Of a DNA stretch of 64,000 nucleotides, positions 42,812 through 51,314 are shown in pieces. Each line of letters opens with the position of its first letter. Position 1 is the stretch's first letter. The stretch lies in assembly GCA_036388595.1 (NCBI GenBank), contig DASVRN010000269.1, positions 1,628 through 65,627 on the forward strand, given 5' to 3'. The notes beneath the pieces were generated by a model. That model had not been told where the DNA came from. It worked only from the letters and a program-made list of their open reading frames with translations, and did not search any database. The position numbers and the translations under genes were made by a program. This DNA is from Chloroflexia bacterium. Its GTDB lineage: Bacteria > Chloroflexota > Chloroflexia > QHBQ01 > JADMIH01.

Positions 42812-44437
42812 CTATTGTTGCCGCTTGAAGAGCAAAATACCTTCTTTGTCCGCGTGCAGGGTCCACCCCGGCTCCGCTTGTACGAACTCTATCGCGTTCT
42901 TGCCGCCAATCATGCGGTCCGGCGAATTGAACGACTCGTTGCCGGGGTCCGCCAGGATGTAGTCGAGGTCAGTATAGGGAGGTCCGAAGCCGGGGTGGAC
43001 GTGCGGGCCGAGGTTGTATGGCGAGTAGGGCGCGGGCGGGAAGTTGTAGATGTAGCGCCGGGGGAGCAAGTGAGGGGCCAGCTTGGAAGTTACGGCAACC
43101 CTGGCGTCTTGCGGCACCATAGCTACCAATTCGTTCGCCGCCTGCACCTTGGCACCCGACTCGTGGAAGCGTATCACCCGCACCACCGGGTTGGCATAGG
43201 GCACTGTCATCAATAGCGCCCACAGTGCGAGGGCCACACCGCCTGACTGTAACAGCCGCTTGTTGACTCCTTCCTCTCGCTGCCGGGTCATCCACTTGCG
43301 CAGATTGTCCGCCCCGTAGATTGCCGCCGCCACCAGGCCGGGTACGAGCAGCAGGCTGTAGTGGGACTCGAGGTCTATCTGCGAGCCGCGCAACGACAGC
43401 AGGTTGAGCGCCAGGATAGGCAGACCAAGCACCAGGGGCTTCGGAGCCAGCAGGGGGAGCAAGCCAAGGGGCACCACCAGGTTGAGCAGGTACATCAGCT
43501 TTGGCCCCAGCAGCCCAGGCTCAAGCACGGCCTTGTTGAAAGTCTCGATGGGGTGCAGCAGGACGAACTGCGCGATTTCGGTGCCGCTACGCCCCAGGTG
43601 TGCGTAATAGGCCAGTTGGGGGCTCATGCCGCAGGGCCAGCACGACATATCAAACTGAGTACCAGGGGGTGGCGGAGTCAATGCGCCCGGATAGGCAAAG
43701 GAGGGTGTAATCACGAACGTGGAGAGCGCGAAGTAGCCCAGCCCGGCAACCAGAGGCAACAGTACGAACTGCCATTTGCGCCTGGTGAGGAGGCCATAGA
43801 ACCCGAACATCATCACGACCAGGGCCACATCGGTGCGGGCCAGCATGGCAGTCAGCGCGAGGGCCAGGAAAAGCTGCCAGTTGCCGCGCTCGTAGAAATA
43901 GAATCCGAACAGCAGCAGGGTCAAAGCGAAGAGTCGCACCTGAAACGGGTTGAGGGCAGTGTGCAACAGCGTCGGATAGAGCAGGTAGGCCGCCGCGATG
44001 CCCAGCGCAGCCAGCTTGACGCCCAACCTGTCGCGGGCGAGCCAGTACACAGGCAGCGCGCCCAGGCCGGAGGCGACGATTTGCAGGAAGAAGAGTGCGT
44101 GGGGCGAGGGTACCAACGCGTAGACCGGCACGAAGAAGAGCAGCATCGGCATCCAGTCCATGCCGAACACGGAGCCGGTGAAGTTGAAGCGCGAGTCCTC
44201 CATCACGCGGCCCTGGAGGGTGTTCCAGATGCCTTGCTCGAAGTCCACCTGGTCGTAGCCCTGGCCGAGCGTCTCGTACTTGTAGTAGCTCGCCACGAAC
44301 ATGACCGCTACCCAGAGCAGCATCATAACGGTCAGCAAGCGTGGGGCAAGCGACTCCAGCCGTATCAGGGCCATACTCAGCCGCCCCCCGGTCGCACTGG
44401 CACGTTCCGGCTGCCTGGCGGCCACCGTGCTGCTCAA
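42812..44437 (-). CDS. 541-aa polytopic membrane protein (DUF2079-like / GT-C-like); function unknown
   Basis: About 12 TM segments, periplasmic loops rich in aromatic residues; context within the glycan locus. Confidence 0.35.
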   Translation of the reverse strand: MSSTVAARQPERASATGGRLSMALIRLESLAPRLLTVMMLLWVAVMFVASYYKYETLGQGYDQVDFEQGIWNTLQGRVMEDSRFNFTGSVFGMDWMPMLLFFVPVYALVPSPHALFFLQIVASGLGALPVYWLARDRLGVKLAALGIAAAYLLYPTLLHTALNPFQVRLFALTLLLFGFYFYERGNWQLFLALALTAMLARTDVALVVMMFGFYGLLTRRKWQFVLLPLVAGLGYFALSTFVITPSFAYPGALTPPPPGTQFDMSCWPCGMSPQLAYYAHLGRSGTEIAQFVLLHPIETFNKAVLEPGLLGPKLMYLLNLVVPLGLLPLLAPKPLVLGLPILALNLLSLRGSQIDLESHYSLLLVPGLVAAAIYGADNLRKWMTRQREEGVNKRLLQSGGVALALWALLMTVPYANPVVRVIRFHESGAKVQAANELVAMVPQDARVAVTSKLAPHLLPRRYIYNFPPAPYSPYNLGPHVHPGFGPPYTDLDYILADPGNESFNSPDRMIGGKNAIEFVQAEPGWTLHADKEGILLFKRQQ

Positions 44438-45210
44438 CGCCTAATCTCCTGGCCCTTCTGGGCGACACACACCACCGACAGCCCGAACGGCAGGCGAGAG
44501 CGGCTGATGAACCGCGCCTCTCCCTGGTAGTACTTTATTAGCAGCTTGTTCACAAAGCCGGGCACCGGCATGAAGTCGGTTTCGGGGTCCTTGTTTTCGT
44601 TGCGGAGTTGCGCCCGCTTCTGGAGGAGCGTCTTCAGCAGGCGCACGAGCACCACCGGGGCCAGGATGAGGGCATTGGAGTAGCTTACTTTACGCACCCG
44701 CAGCCCCGCCTTCTGCATCGCCCGGCGCAGCATGCCGGTGGTATATCGCCTTCGGTGCCCCAGTATGTCGTCCCAGTAGGTCCACAGCGCCTTGTAGGCA
44801 GGTACGCTCACTATCAGCAGGCCGCCGGGCCTTAGCACCCGCTTCAGTTCCGTCAGCGCGGCGTGGTCGTCGTCCAGGTGCTCGATCACGTCGAGCGCCG
44901 TGATGATATCAAAGTAGCCGTCGGGGAAGGGCAAGTGGGCGGCGTCGGCCTTGGCGAGGCTGGTATGCCCGCGCTCCCGGCAGAAGGCCAACGCCTCTTC
45001 CGAGAAGTCGGTGCCGGTGGGATGGGCGTACCACGCCAGGTGGTCCAGGTTCATGCCCGTACCGCACCCCAGGTCGAGTGCCCGGCGCACGCGACCATTA
45101 GAGGCGGGGAGGTACCTGTCGAGCAAGCTGTAGACGATAGCGCGCTTGCCTACGTGCCACCAGTAGTCCTGCTCTTTGATGTAGAGGTCGTAATAGAGGT
45201 CTTGGCGCAT
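44434..45210 (-). CDS. Class I SAM-dependent methyltransferase
   Basis: ALDLGCGTGMN motif I; FDIITALDVIEHLDDD; LRPGGLLIVSVP. Confidence 0.75.
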   Translation of the reverse strand: MRQDLYYDLYIKEQDYWWHVGKRAIVYSLLDRYLPASNGRVRRALDLGCGTGMNLDHLAWYAHPTGTDFSEEALAFCRERGHTSLAKADAAHLPFPDGYFDIITALDVIEHLDDDHAALTELKRVLRPGGLLIVSVPAYKALWTYWDDILGHRRRYTTGMLRRAMQKAGLRVRKVSYSNALILAPVVLVRLLKTLLQKRAQLRNENKDPETDFMPVPGFVNKLLIKYYQGEARFISRSRLPFGLSVVCVAQKGQEIRR

Positions 45211-45214
45211 AAGC

Positions 45215-47191
45215 TTATGGTGCGTGGTAGCGGAAGAAGATCATGTCGCCCACCCAGGTGGTGAGCAACTGCCAGGTCATGGCCGCCAGTAATAGGGTGA
45301 CGAACCACCGGGCGAGGCGGCCCCGTTGCCCCAGGAGGCCCAGCAAGCGGCCCGACAGCAGGGCAACCGCCGCCGCGACCAGGTAGTACCATCGTATCGC
45401 GTCCCCAAGAGCCTGGTCGAGCAATGCGAAAACGCCCCCGACCGCCAACCACGAGCCTAGCCAGGCCCCCGCGACCGCCTGAAGTCGTGCCCCTGCTACC
45501 CCACCCCATGCGGCTAGTATTAGCTGCGCTGGGCCGACCAGGTAGACTACCTTACGGGCCAGCTTCTCCAGCGAGAATGGCAGTGCGGACGTCGTGCCGC
45601 TCTCCCCCCCGGCCACTCTGCCCAGCAAGCCGCCAAAGTGGTTACTTACCAGGTCCAGCACGTTCCGGTAGTAGGAGACGAGACTGACCGCCGTGGCGAA
45701 GGAAAAGACCCGGATGAGCCTCCAACCCCTGTCCGGCGCTCGGCCTCTTAGATGAGCTATAAACATCCACAACAGGAACAAAAGGGCTATCAGGAAGGCA
45801 CCTAACATCATACCGTAGTGCCCCAGCATCGTCAAGAAAAAGCAGGCACCTGTGGAAAGCAGCAGCCAGCCGTCACGTCTGACCGTATCGCTGCGGCCGT
45901 TCAGGTAGACCAGCCCGCCAAGCAAACCCAGGTTCAGCACGCTCTGGGCAAACAGGTTGGTGTAGTTGCCCGCGGAGAAGAGGTCGAACGGTGCGGGGGA
46001 AACAGCGTAGACCAGCGCCGCCAACCCTCCATACGCGCCCCTCCACAGCCTGTAACCGCACCAGGCCAGCGCCAGGCAGGTCAACGAGTCGAGCAGCGAA
46101 CACACCCACTTCAGGACCAACGCGAGGGCTTCATCGCCGCTGCCAAAGATCCAGGTAAGGGGAGCCACCAGTGCGTAGAGGGCCGGTGGATATGGGGCGG
46201 GAGTGCCATCAGGCAGAGGCTCGCTCATTATCCACTCGCCCCTTAGAAGCGCCTGGACGTTATGCACGTTGAGCAACAGGTCGCTTGTGAGAAACTGTGG
46301 GTAGGTGAGGCCGCCGAAGCGGAGCGCAAAGGCCAGCACGAACGCAGCCGATCCTAGCGCCACCGCGAATCGAGCAGCCGAGGTTGGTTCTCGGATGAGC
46401 GAGCCGAGCGCCAATCTTGCCAGGCCAGCGAGTACGAGACACCATGCCCCCATCGGCAGGATTGAGGGCACCAGCAGTCCCAACTCAGGCCGTGCTACCA
46501 GCAGCAGGAATGTAGACGCAACGGACAGCACTACGCCCACAGCCAGCGCGGGAAGGTGTCTACCCGTGGCGACCGCCGCCGCGAGACTAAACAGCAACAG
46601 GCCCACCGCGAACGTTAACAGAGTGCCCGGTGAAGGCAAGACAACCGGACGCAGCCCATATTCCGCCGGTGCGACCTCCACAGAGTCGATGTTGACGCCG
46701 AGGTCGCGGCCGCGATTGTTCGTTGGGTCTTCGTTGAAGGTCGCGGCCTCCAGGGTGAGCGTGAGGCTGGCCTGCCAGGGGTCGTTACGGGGCACGAAGA
46801 AGGTATCGGTGCGGCGTTCCGGGAGGCTGGGCACGCTGAACTCCTGCCCGCGGATCGTAACCTTTACTGCGCCAGGAGCAAGGTCGCTTGCCGCCCCAAC
46901 GTGGCTGATGGAGACGTTGACCGGCTGATTGCCGATTTCCGGGAAAGTAATGGTTGCATAACCCGTGCTCCAACGGTAATCGAACTCCGGCGTTGCCTCC
47001 TTCGCGTGGAAGCCGCTCACATATGCGTCGTCCAGCAGACCACCCACATCGACCCTATAGGGGGCCTTGTACTGGTACGCGGCGGTCCAAGCAGCAAGGC
47101 TAAACAGGAGGAGCAGGTACAGTGCGGGCGTCCGCAAAAGGCGGATGGCAGCATTCAAACCGGGGTGCAGAACGGTCACAAACGTTTTCAT
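45215..47191 (-). CDS. Paralog 1 of a four-gene tandem family: N-terminal TM anchor, about 170-aa extracytoplasmic beta-rich domain, about 12-TM domain; family unassigned, GT-C-like
   Basis: Architecture from hydrophobicity; shares blocks (R-x-GG-x-x-P-Q, HN/HM-K-W-L, P-L-T-W/F) with 47188-49239. Confidence 0.45.
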   Translation of the reverse strand: MKTFVTVLHPGLNAAIRLLRTPALYLLLLFSLAAWTAAYQYKAPYRVDVGGLLDDAYVSGFHAKEATPEFDYRWSTGYATITFPEIGNQPVNVSISHVGAASDLAPGAVKVTIRGQEFSVPSLPERRTDTFFVPRNDPWQASLTLTLEAATFNEDPTNNRGRDLGVNIDSVEVAPAEYGLRPVVLPSPGTLLTFAVGLLLFSLAAAVATGRHLPALAVGVVLSVASTFLLLVARPELGLLVPSILPMGAWCLVLAGLARLALGSLIREPTSAARFAVALGSAAFVLAFALRFGGLTYPQFLTSDLLLNVHNVQALLRGEWIMSEPLPDGTPAPYPPALYALVAPLTWIFGSGDEALALVLKWVCSLLDSLTCLALAWCGYRLWRGAYGGLAALVYAVSPAPFDLFSAGNYTNLFAQSVLNLGLLGGLVYLNGRSDTVRRDGWLLLSTGACFFLTMLGHYGMMLGAFLIALLFLLWMFIAHLRGRAPDRGWRLIRVFSFATAVSLVSYYRNVLDLVSNHFGGLLGRVAGGESGTTSALPFSLEKLARKVVYLVGPAQLILAAWGGVAGARLQAVAGAWLGSWLAVGGVFALLDQALGDAIRWYYLVAAAVALLSGRLLGLLGQRGRLARWFVTLLLAAMTWQLLTTWVGDMIFFRYHAP

Positions 47192-49239
47192 GTGGAGGCC
47201 CGTACCAAACGCTCAACCCAGAAGACCAGCGCCTGCCATGCCACCGCACTCAAAAGCAGTCCCGCCAGCCGCCTGCCCCAGGTGCCGTGCCCGCCCAGCG
47301 CGGCCAGACCCGCACCACCCGCGACCGCCACCGGCAGCATGGTGAAGAAGAGGTGCTTGCCGATCATGTCGAGCTTGTAATTCGCGGCAACGAAGATGGG
47401 CAGAATGGCAAGCCAGGCGATAACCAGGGTAGTAGCGCGAGACTGCACGTGGTTAACGTGCCGCCTTGAGAGGAGTAGAAGCATACCGGCCGCGGCTAGC
47501 AATGAGGGCAGAGTACTCGCCAGGTAATCACCCGTCCACGCGAGCAATTCAGCTATCCCGCCCGGCCACCGGACCGTCGTACCACCACCTGGTGCCGCGC
47601 CCAGCAGCGCCACCGCCGAGGCTGTCACAGGTGTCACATAGAGGCCGTAGTAGGCTATGAATGCCAGCAGCCAGCCCGCCGCCAGCACCACGTAAGGTTG
47701 CCAGCTAAAGGAGTGCGCTGATTTCGGAGCGGGGCGGGACAACCTCCAACCCACCGGCACGACCGCCAGGATCAAGGTTACAAACACCGCCACAGTTGGG
47801 AAGGACAGCAACGTGAGAGCAGCAAGCAACACTGCCGCCAGCAACGTGGCAAGTCGCCACCCCTTTGCCGAGGAGGCAAGCACGACTGCCAGCAGACCCG
47901 TAGCAAGCCACTGGGCAAGTATGGTCGGCAGGATGCCATAGGAGAAGGCGCGGAACGCCAGGGGCATCACCGCATAGAGGAAAGCAGCAGCCAATGCTGC
48001 CCTTGTGGAAGCACCAACTCGCCGGGTGAACCAGTATGCGAACAGCAGAATAGTGGAATCTATCAAGCAAGTTGACCATTTGACCAATGTCTCAAGTTCG
48101 AATGATAGGGTTGCCAGAGGCGCGGCGGCAAGGTAGAACAGCGGGGACTTGGGGATTAACAGCGCCATGCCCCATTCCGGCGGCACCTCGCTCAACCCAC
48201 CCGGAAAGTACAGCGCCTGCCAGTCGCCCGCAAGCAGAGTACGCAGCCACTTCATGTGGTAGGGCATGTCTATGATTACCGCTTGGGGAAGCGCCATCCC
48301 GCCGTAGCGCAACCCGAAGGCGAACGCGACTGCAACGGACAACAGCCGCGCGACTTGCAGCCCAGGACCCGAGCTACGCCAATCGACCACTCGCTCACTT
48401 ACCAGGAATACAAGCAGCATGCTGCCCAGGGTAGTCGCTAGGTGTGGTGCCACCACAGTAGCTGCTGTGTGGCTACTTGCCAGCAACAGACAGAGGCCGA
48501 CGCCCACCGCCAGACTCACCACTAAAGCTCGTATCGGTACTGCCCGCCTGGCGCTGAAGCCCCGTAGCATCCTGCCAATCAGGATGTATGCGACCAATAT
48601 GCTCAACATCAGGAAGCCCAACGTCGTCAGGGAGGGCCAGATGAAGCCCCCGGCTGGGGACTGTTCGAGAACGAGGCGGTCTACCTTCAGCCCTTTGGCC
48701 TGTGCTTCTTCGCCTGGTAGACGGTACTCAGAAGCGCGAAATTCTACTACTGTGTCTCGGGACGCCAGGGCAGCGGGTTGGCTCTCATCGATTCTGAACG
48801 TCAGCTCCTGCCAGCCAGGCACGACCTCGGAGGCAAAGAACCTGACGCCGTTCACGTGTACCTCAACCGGCGCCGTCCGCTGGGCGTCCAGGGTGACGGT
48901 TAGCGTGAAGGGCCTGGAGCCACCCACACCAGGGAAGCTCACATAGCCGTATACGTCGGACCACCTGTAGGTGCGGCCCGATTCCTCAAGGCGAGTGTGG
49001 AAGTTACGGGTGTACGCCTGGTCCTGCGGCGAGCCGACATCCACAATGTACGTGCCTGGAATCTGGTAGGCTGCAACCGATAGGCCCATTACCAGCATGA
49101 GGCCAGGCCAGACGACCCACCACCTCAGCAGTCCCACGGCGAAGCGGAATTCTTCAACAATCCACCGCACGAGTGAGAAGAGATAGGCAGCGACTCCCAC
49201 CGGAGGGCGCGGGGCACTTGGACGGCTACTTGAAGGCAT
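47188..49239 (-). CDS. Paralog 2 of the tandem polytopic membrane-protein family; start at ATG 49239 (MPSSSRP) to remove the spurious Cys/Arg-rich leader
   Basis: AYQIPGTYIVDVGSPQD...RWSDVYGYVSFPGVGGSRPFTLTVTLD beta-domain aligns with paralogs 3 and 4; 4-nt overlap with paralog 1. Confidence 0.45.
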   Translation of the reverse strand: MPSSSRPSAPRPPVGVAAYLFSLVRWIVEEFRFAVGLLRWWVVWPGLMLVMGLSVAAYQIPGTYIVDVGSPQDQAYTRNFHTRLEESGRTYRWSDVYGYVSFPGVGGSRPFTLTVTLDAQRTAPVEVHVNGVRFFASEVVPGWQELTFRIDESQPAALASRDTVVEFRASEYRLPGEEAQAKGLKVDRLVLEQSPAGGFIWPSLTTLGFLMLSILVAYILIGRMLRGFSARRAVPIRALVVSLAVGVGLCLLLASSHTAATVVAPHLATTLGSMLLVFLVSERVVDWRSSGPGLQVARLLSVAVAFAFGLRYGGMALPQAVIIDMPYHMKWLRTLLAGDWQALYFPGGLSEVPPEWGMALLIPKSPLFYLAAAPLATLSFELETLVKWSTCLIDSTILLFAYWFTRRVGASTRAALAAAFLYAVMPLAFRAFSYGILPTILAQWLATGLLAVVLASSAKGWRLATLLAAVLLAALTLLSFPTVAVFVTLILAVVPVGWRLSRPAPKSAHSFSWQPYVVLAAGWLLAFIAYYGLYVTPVTASAVALLGAAPGGGTTVRWPGGIAELLAWTGDYLASTLPSLLAAAGMLLLLSRRHVNHVQSRATTLVIAWLAILPIFVAANYKLDMIGKHLFFTMLPVAVAGGAGLAALGGHGTWGRRLAGLLLSAVAWQALVFWVERLVRAST

Positions 49240-51295
49240 AAGTGATCCTGTATTGCCACAGGTTGAGAGCCTCGAATGCGAAGAAGGCGAGCACCAGGCA
49301 CACCAGCACCTGGCCCGCCCATCCGCGCCGCGACACCCCGGAGAGCACAATCGCGCTGCCCAGGCATAACACCGGCAGGGCGAACAAGGCGTATCGCACG
49401 TAGAGGTTCATCGTCCACCCAACCAGGGCGAACGCCAGCACCGCGCCACCCCAACCGAGCACGGTCAGCACGAGCATCCGCCGCCGTATAGCCCAGGACT
49501 GTAACCGGCGGCGAACGGGCCAAACGACCATGAAACCGAGTAAGGCGGCCAGCACGGGCCACACGCGGTAGTATGCCTGCGCCTCGTTCCAGAATCCAAG
49601 CAGGCCCCCGAAGAACCACTCGCGGCGCGTCTCGGCGTAGCGCACCACCAGACCCAGGCTCCGGTCCGACACCGAACCCCCGATGAGCAGGTGCAACGCC
49701 CCAGGTTCTGCTTCGGCGGCACGCTCCGCCCGTATCTGCTGGAGGGTGGTGAGCATATCCGCCGCGAAGTGGCTGTAGTAGAAGGTGTAGGCTAACCCAG
49801 CGCCGAGCAGCAGGGCCGACAGCACCCACACCCCGGCAGGGACGGCTCGCCTCACACCAGCTTGAGACTTCCTGCCAAACGCCCACCAGATCAGGCCGGT
49901 TAATCCAACAGCAGCACCCGTAAGCTGCACGACACCGGGGTGGCTGAGCAGGGCGGGCAGCAGCAACAGGAGTAGCAGCCAGAACGCCGGTTTCGACGGC
50001 CTTAGATAATGGTAGCACGTCACGAGCAGGGTGAGAGCGCACAGGGCGAAGTACTCCCCGAACAGGTTTGAAGTGATGCCCCAGGAGTACGGGAGCACCG
50101 CGATGGGCATGATGACGTACAGCCCGGAGGCAAGCAAGGCAACGCGGCTGTCTCCCGTTGAAGCCTTCGCGGTCAGGTAGAGCAACCCGGCCCCCAACGT
50201 GCCCAGCGCCACGGTGAACAGCCTTATCACCAGGAGTTGGTCGTTCAGGAGTGCCTGTAGGGGGAGCATGAAGACATACGGGGTAGGCAGGTAGAAGGTC
50301 TCGTGCCCGCCCCATTCGTCCGACCTGATGGTGAACAGGAGTTGCCCGGCCTGTACCGTGTCGAACCTGTGGCTGTGGAAGACGAGGTCCATGATGAAGA
50401 TGAGCGGGTGTAATTGTCCGACGAACCGCACGACGAACGCCAATAGCATCACGCTTAACAGGATGCGCCGGTCGAGCACGGGCCACCGAGCGCCCACGAC
50501 ACGCTTCACGGCAAGACCTGCCACCGCCGCCAGGCCCACGAACACCGCCCCCGCTAAAAGCGCTTGCGGCCAGGCTTCATACCAGCGCCCCGACGTCAGC
50601 CACAACCTGTTGGCAACCAGCAGCCAGGCGGCCAAAAGCCCCACCAGCGCGGACCCGGTCGCCACCACACCCACTCCCCAGCCAAGCAATGCCAGGACCA
50701 CGCCCAGGGTGGCGGCGGCAGCGACCAGTCCGAGTACCACGCGCAACGGCGGCTCGATGAAACGGTCGGGGTTGGCGGCGGGCTGGACCAGCACCCCTGT
50801 GACCACCACGCCGAGCGGTCGCGGGTTGGGGTCTTCAGGCGGCACAAAGGTGTTGCCGGAGAGCCGCAGCACCAGCGTTCCATCGGCAAGGCCCTCCCGC
50901 GACACCTGGAACGAGTAATTGGTCAATTGGGGCGCGGGATTCACCTCCAGCAGCGTACGGTCGCCCACGTCTACTCGAAGTGCTGCCAGTTCCTGCCCCG
51001 CTGGGCGAAACCCGCTCGCGGTCAGGGTTATATTGAAGTCCTGCCTGCCTACATCGCGTAAGGTGACGAACGACTCCTCTGTAGTCCACCGGAACGGCTG
51101 CGGGACTTCACCCGGCATTTGTTCGGGCGTGTTGAAGCCGCGCACCATCGAGGCGTCCAGGGGCGTACCTATACCAATGGCATACGTTGGCCGGACCTGG
51201 TACGCCAGTACAACCATCACCAGGGTCGCGAATACCCCCACGAAGGTGCCTGGGTTCAGCAGCCGTCTCAATATGGTGGCAAGTTCGGTCCTCAC
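49226..51295 (-). CDS. Paralog 3 of the tandem family; GTG start (VRTELATILRRLLNPG) chosen by analogy with paralog 4, which removes the Cys-rich leader
   Basis: LNPGTFVGVF...AYQVRPTYAIGIGTPLD...FRWTTEESFVTLRDVG aligns with paralog 4 MSLRPVLRTLLNPGIYAGAL...GYQSRPTQQVIVGSPTD. Confidence 0.45.
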   Translation of the reverse strand: MRTELATILRRLLNPGTFVGVFATLVMVVLAYQVRPTYAIGIGTPLDASMVRGFNTPEQMPGEVPQPFRWTTEESFVTLRDVGRQDFNITLTASGFRPAGQELAALRVDVGDRTLLEVNPAPQLTNYSFQVSREGLADGTLVLRLSGNTFVPPEDPNPRPLGVVVTGVLVQPAANPDRFIEPPLRVVLGLVAAAATLGVVLALLGWGVGVVATGSALVGLLAAWLLVANRLWLTSGRWYEAWPQALLAGAVFVGLAAVAGLAVKRVVGARWPVLDRRILLSVMLLAFVVRFVGQLHPLIFIMDLVFHSHRFDTVQAGQLLFTIRSDEWGGHETFYLPTPYVFMLPLQALLNDQLLVIRLFTVALGTLGAGLLYLTAKASTGDSRVALLASGLYVIMPIAVLPYSWGITSNLFGEYFALCALTLLVTCYHYLRPSKPAFWLLLLLLLPALLSHPGVVQLTGAAVGLTGLIWWAFGRKSQAGVRRAVPAGVWVLSALLLGAGLAYTFYYSHFAADMLTTLQQIRAERAAEAEPGALHLLIGGSVSDRSLGLVVRYAETRREWFFGGLLGFWNEAQAYYRVWPVLAALLGFMVVWPVRRRLQSWAIRRRMLVLTVLGWGGAVLAFALVGWTMNLYVRYALFALPVLCLGSAIVLSGVSRRGWAGQVLVCLVLAFFAFEALNLWQYRITYAFK

Positions 51296-51314
51296 GAGAA
51301 GTAGGCGACCTCTT

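Noticed and set aside
43650-44468. 272-aa minus-strand ORF (other frame) and 389-aa plus-strand ORF 43361-44530 overlapping the 541-aa membrane-protein gene
   Set aside because: Arg/Gly/His/Gln-rich, no hydrophobic periodicity or motifs; the 42812-44437 frame shows a clean polytopic pattern
49125-50486. 453-aa minus-strand ORF in a different frame from tandem paralog 3
   Set aside because: Arg/Pro/Gly-rich with runs like RRRR and GAGA; frame-shifted shadow of the real membrane-protein frame
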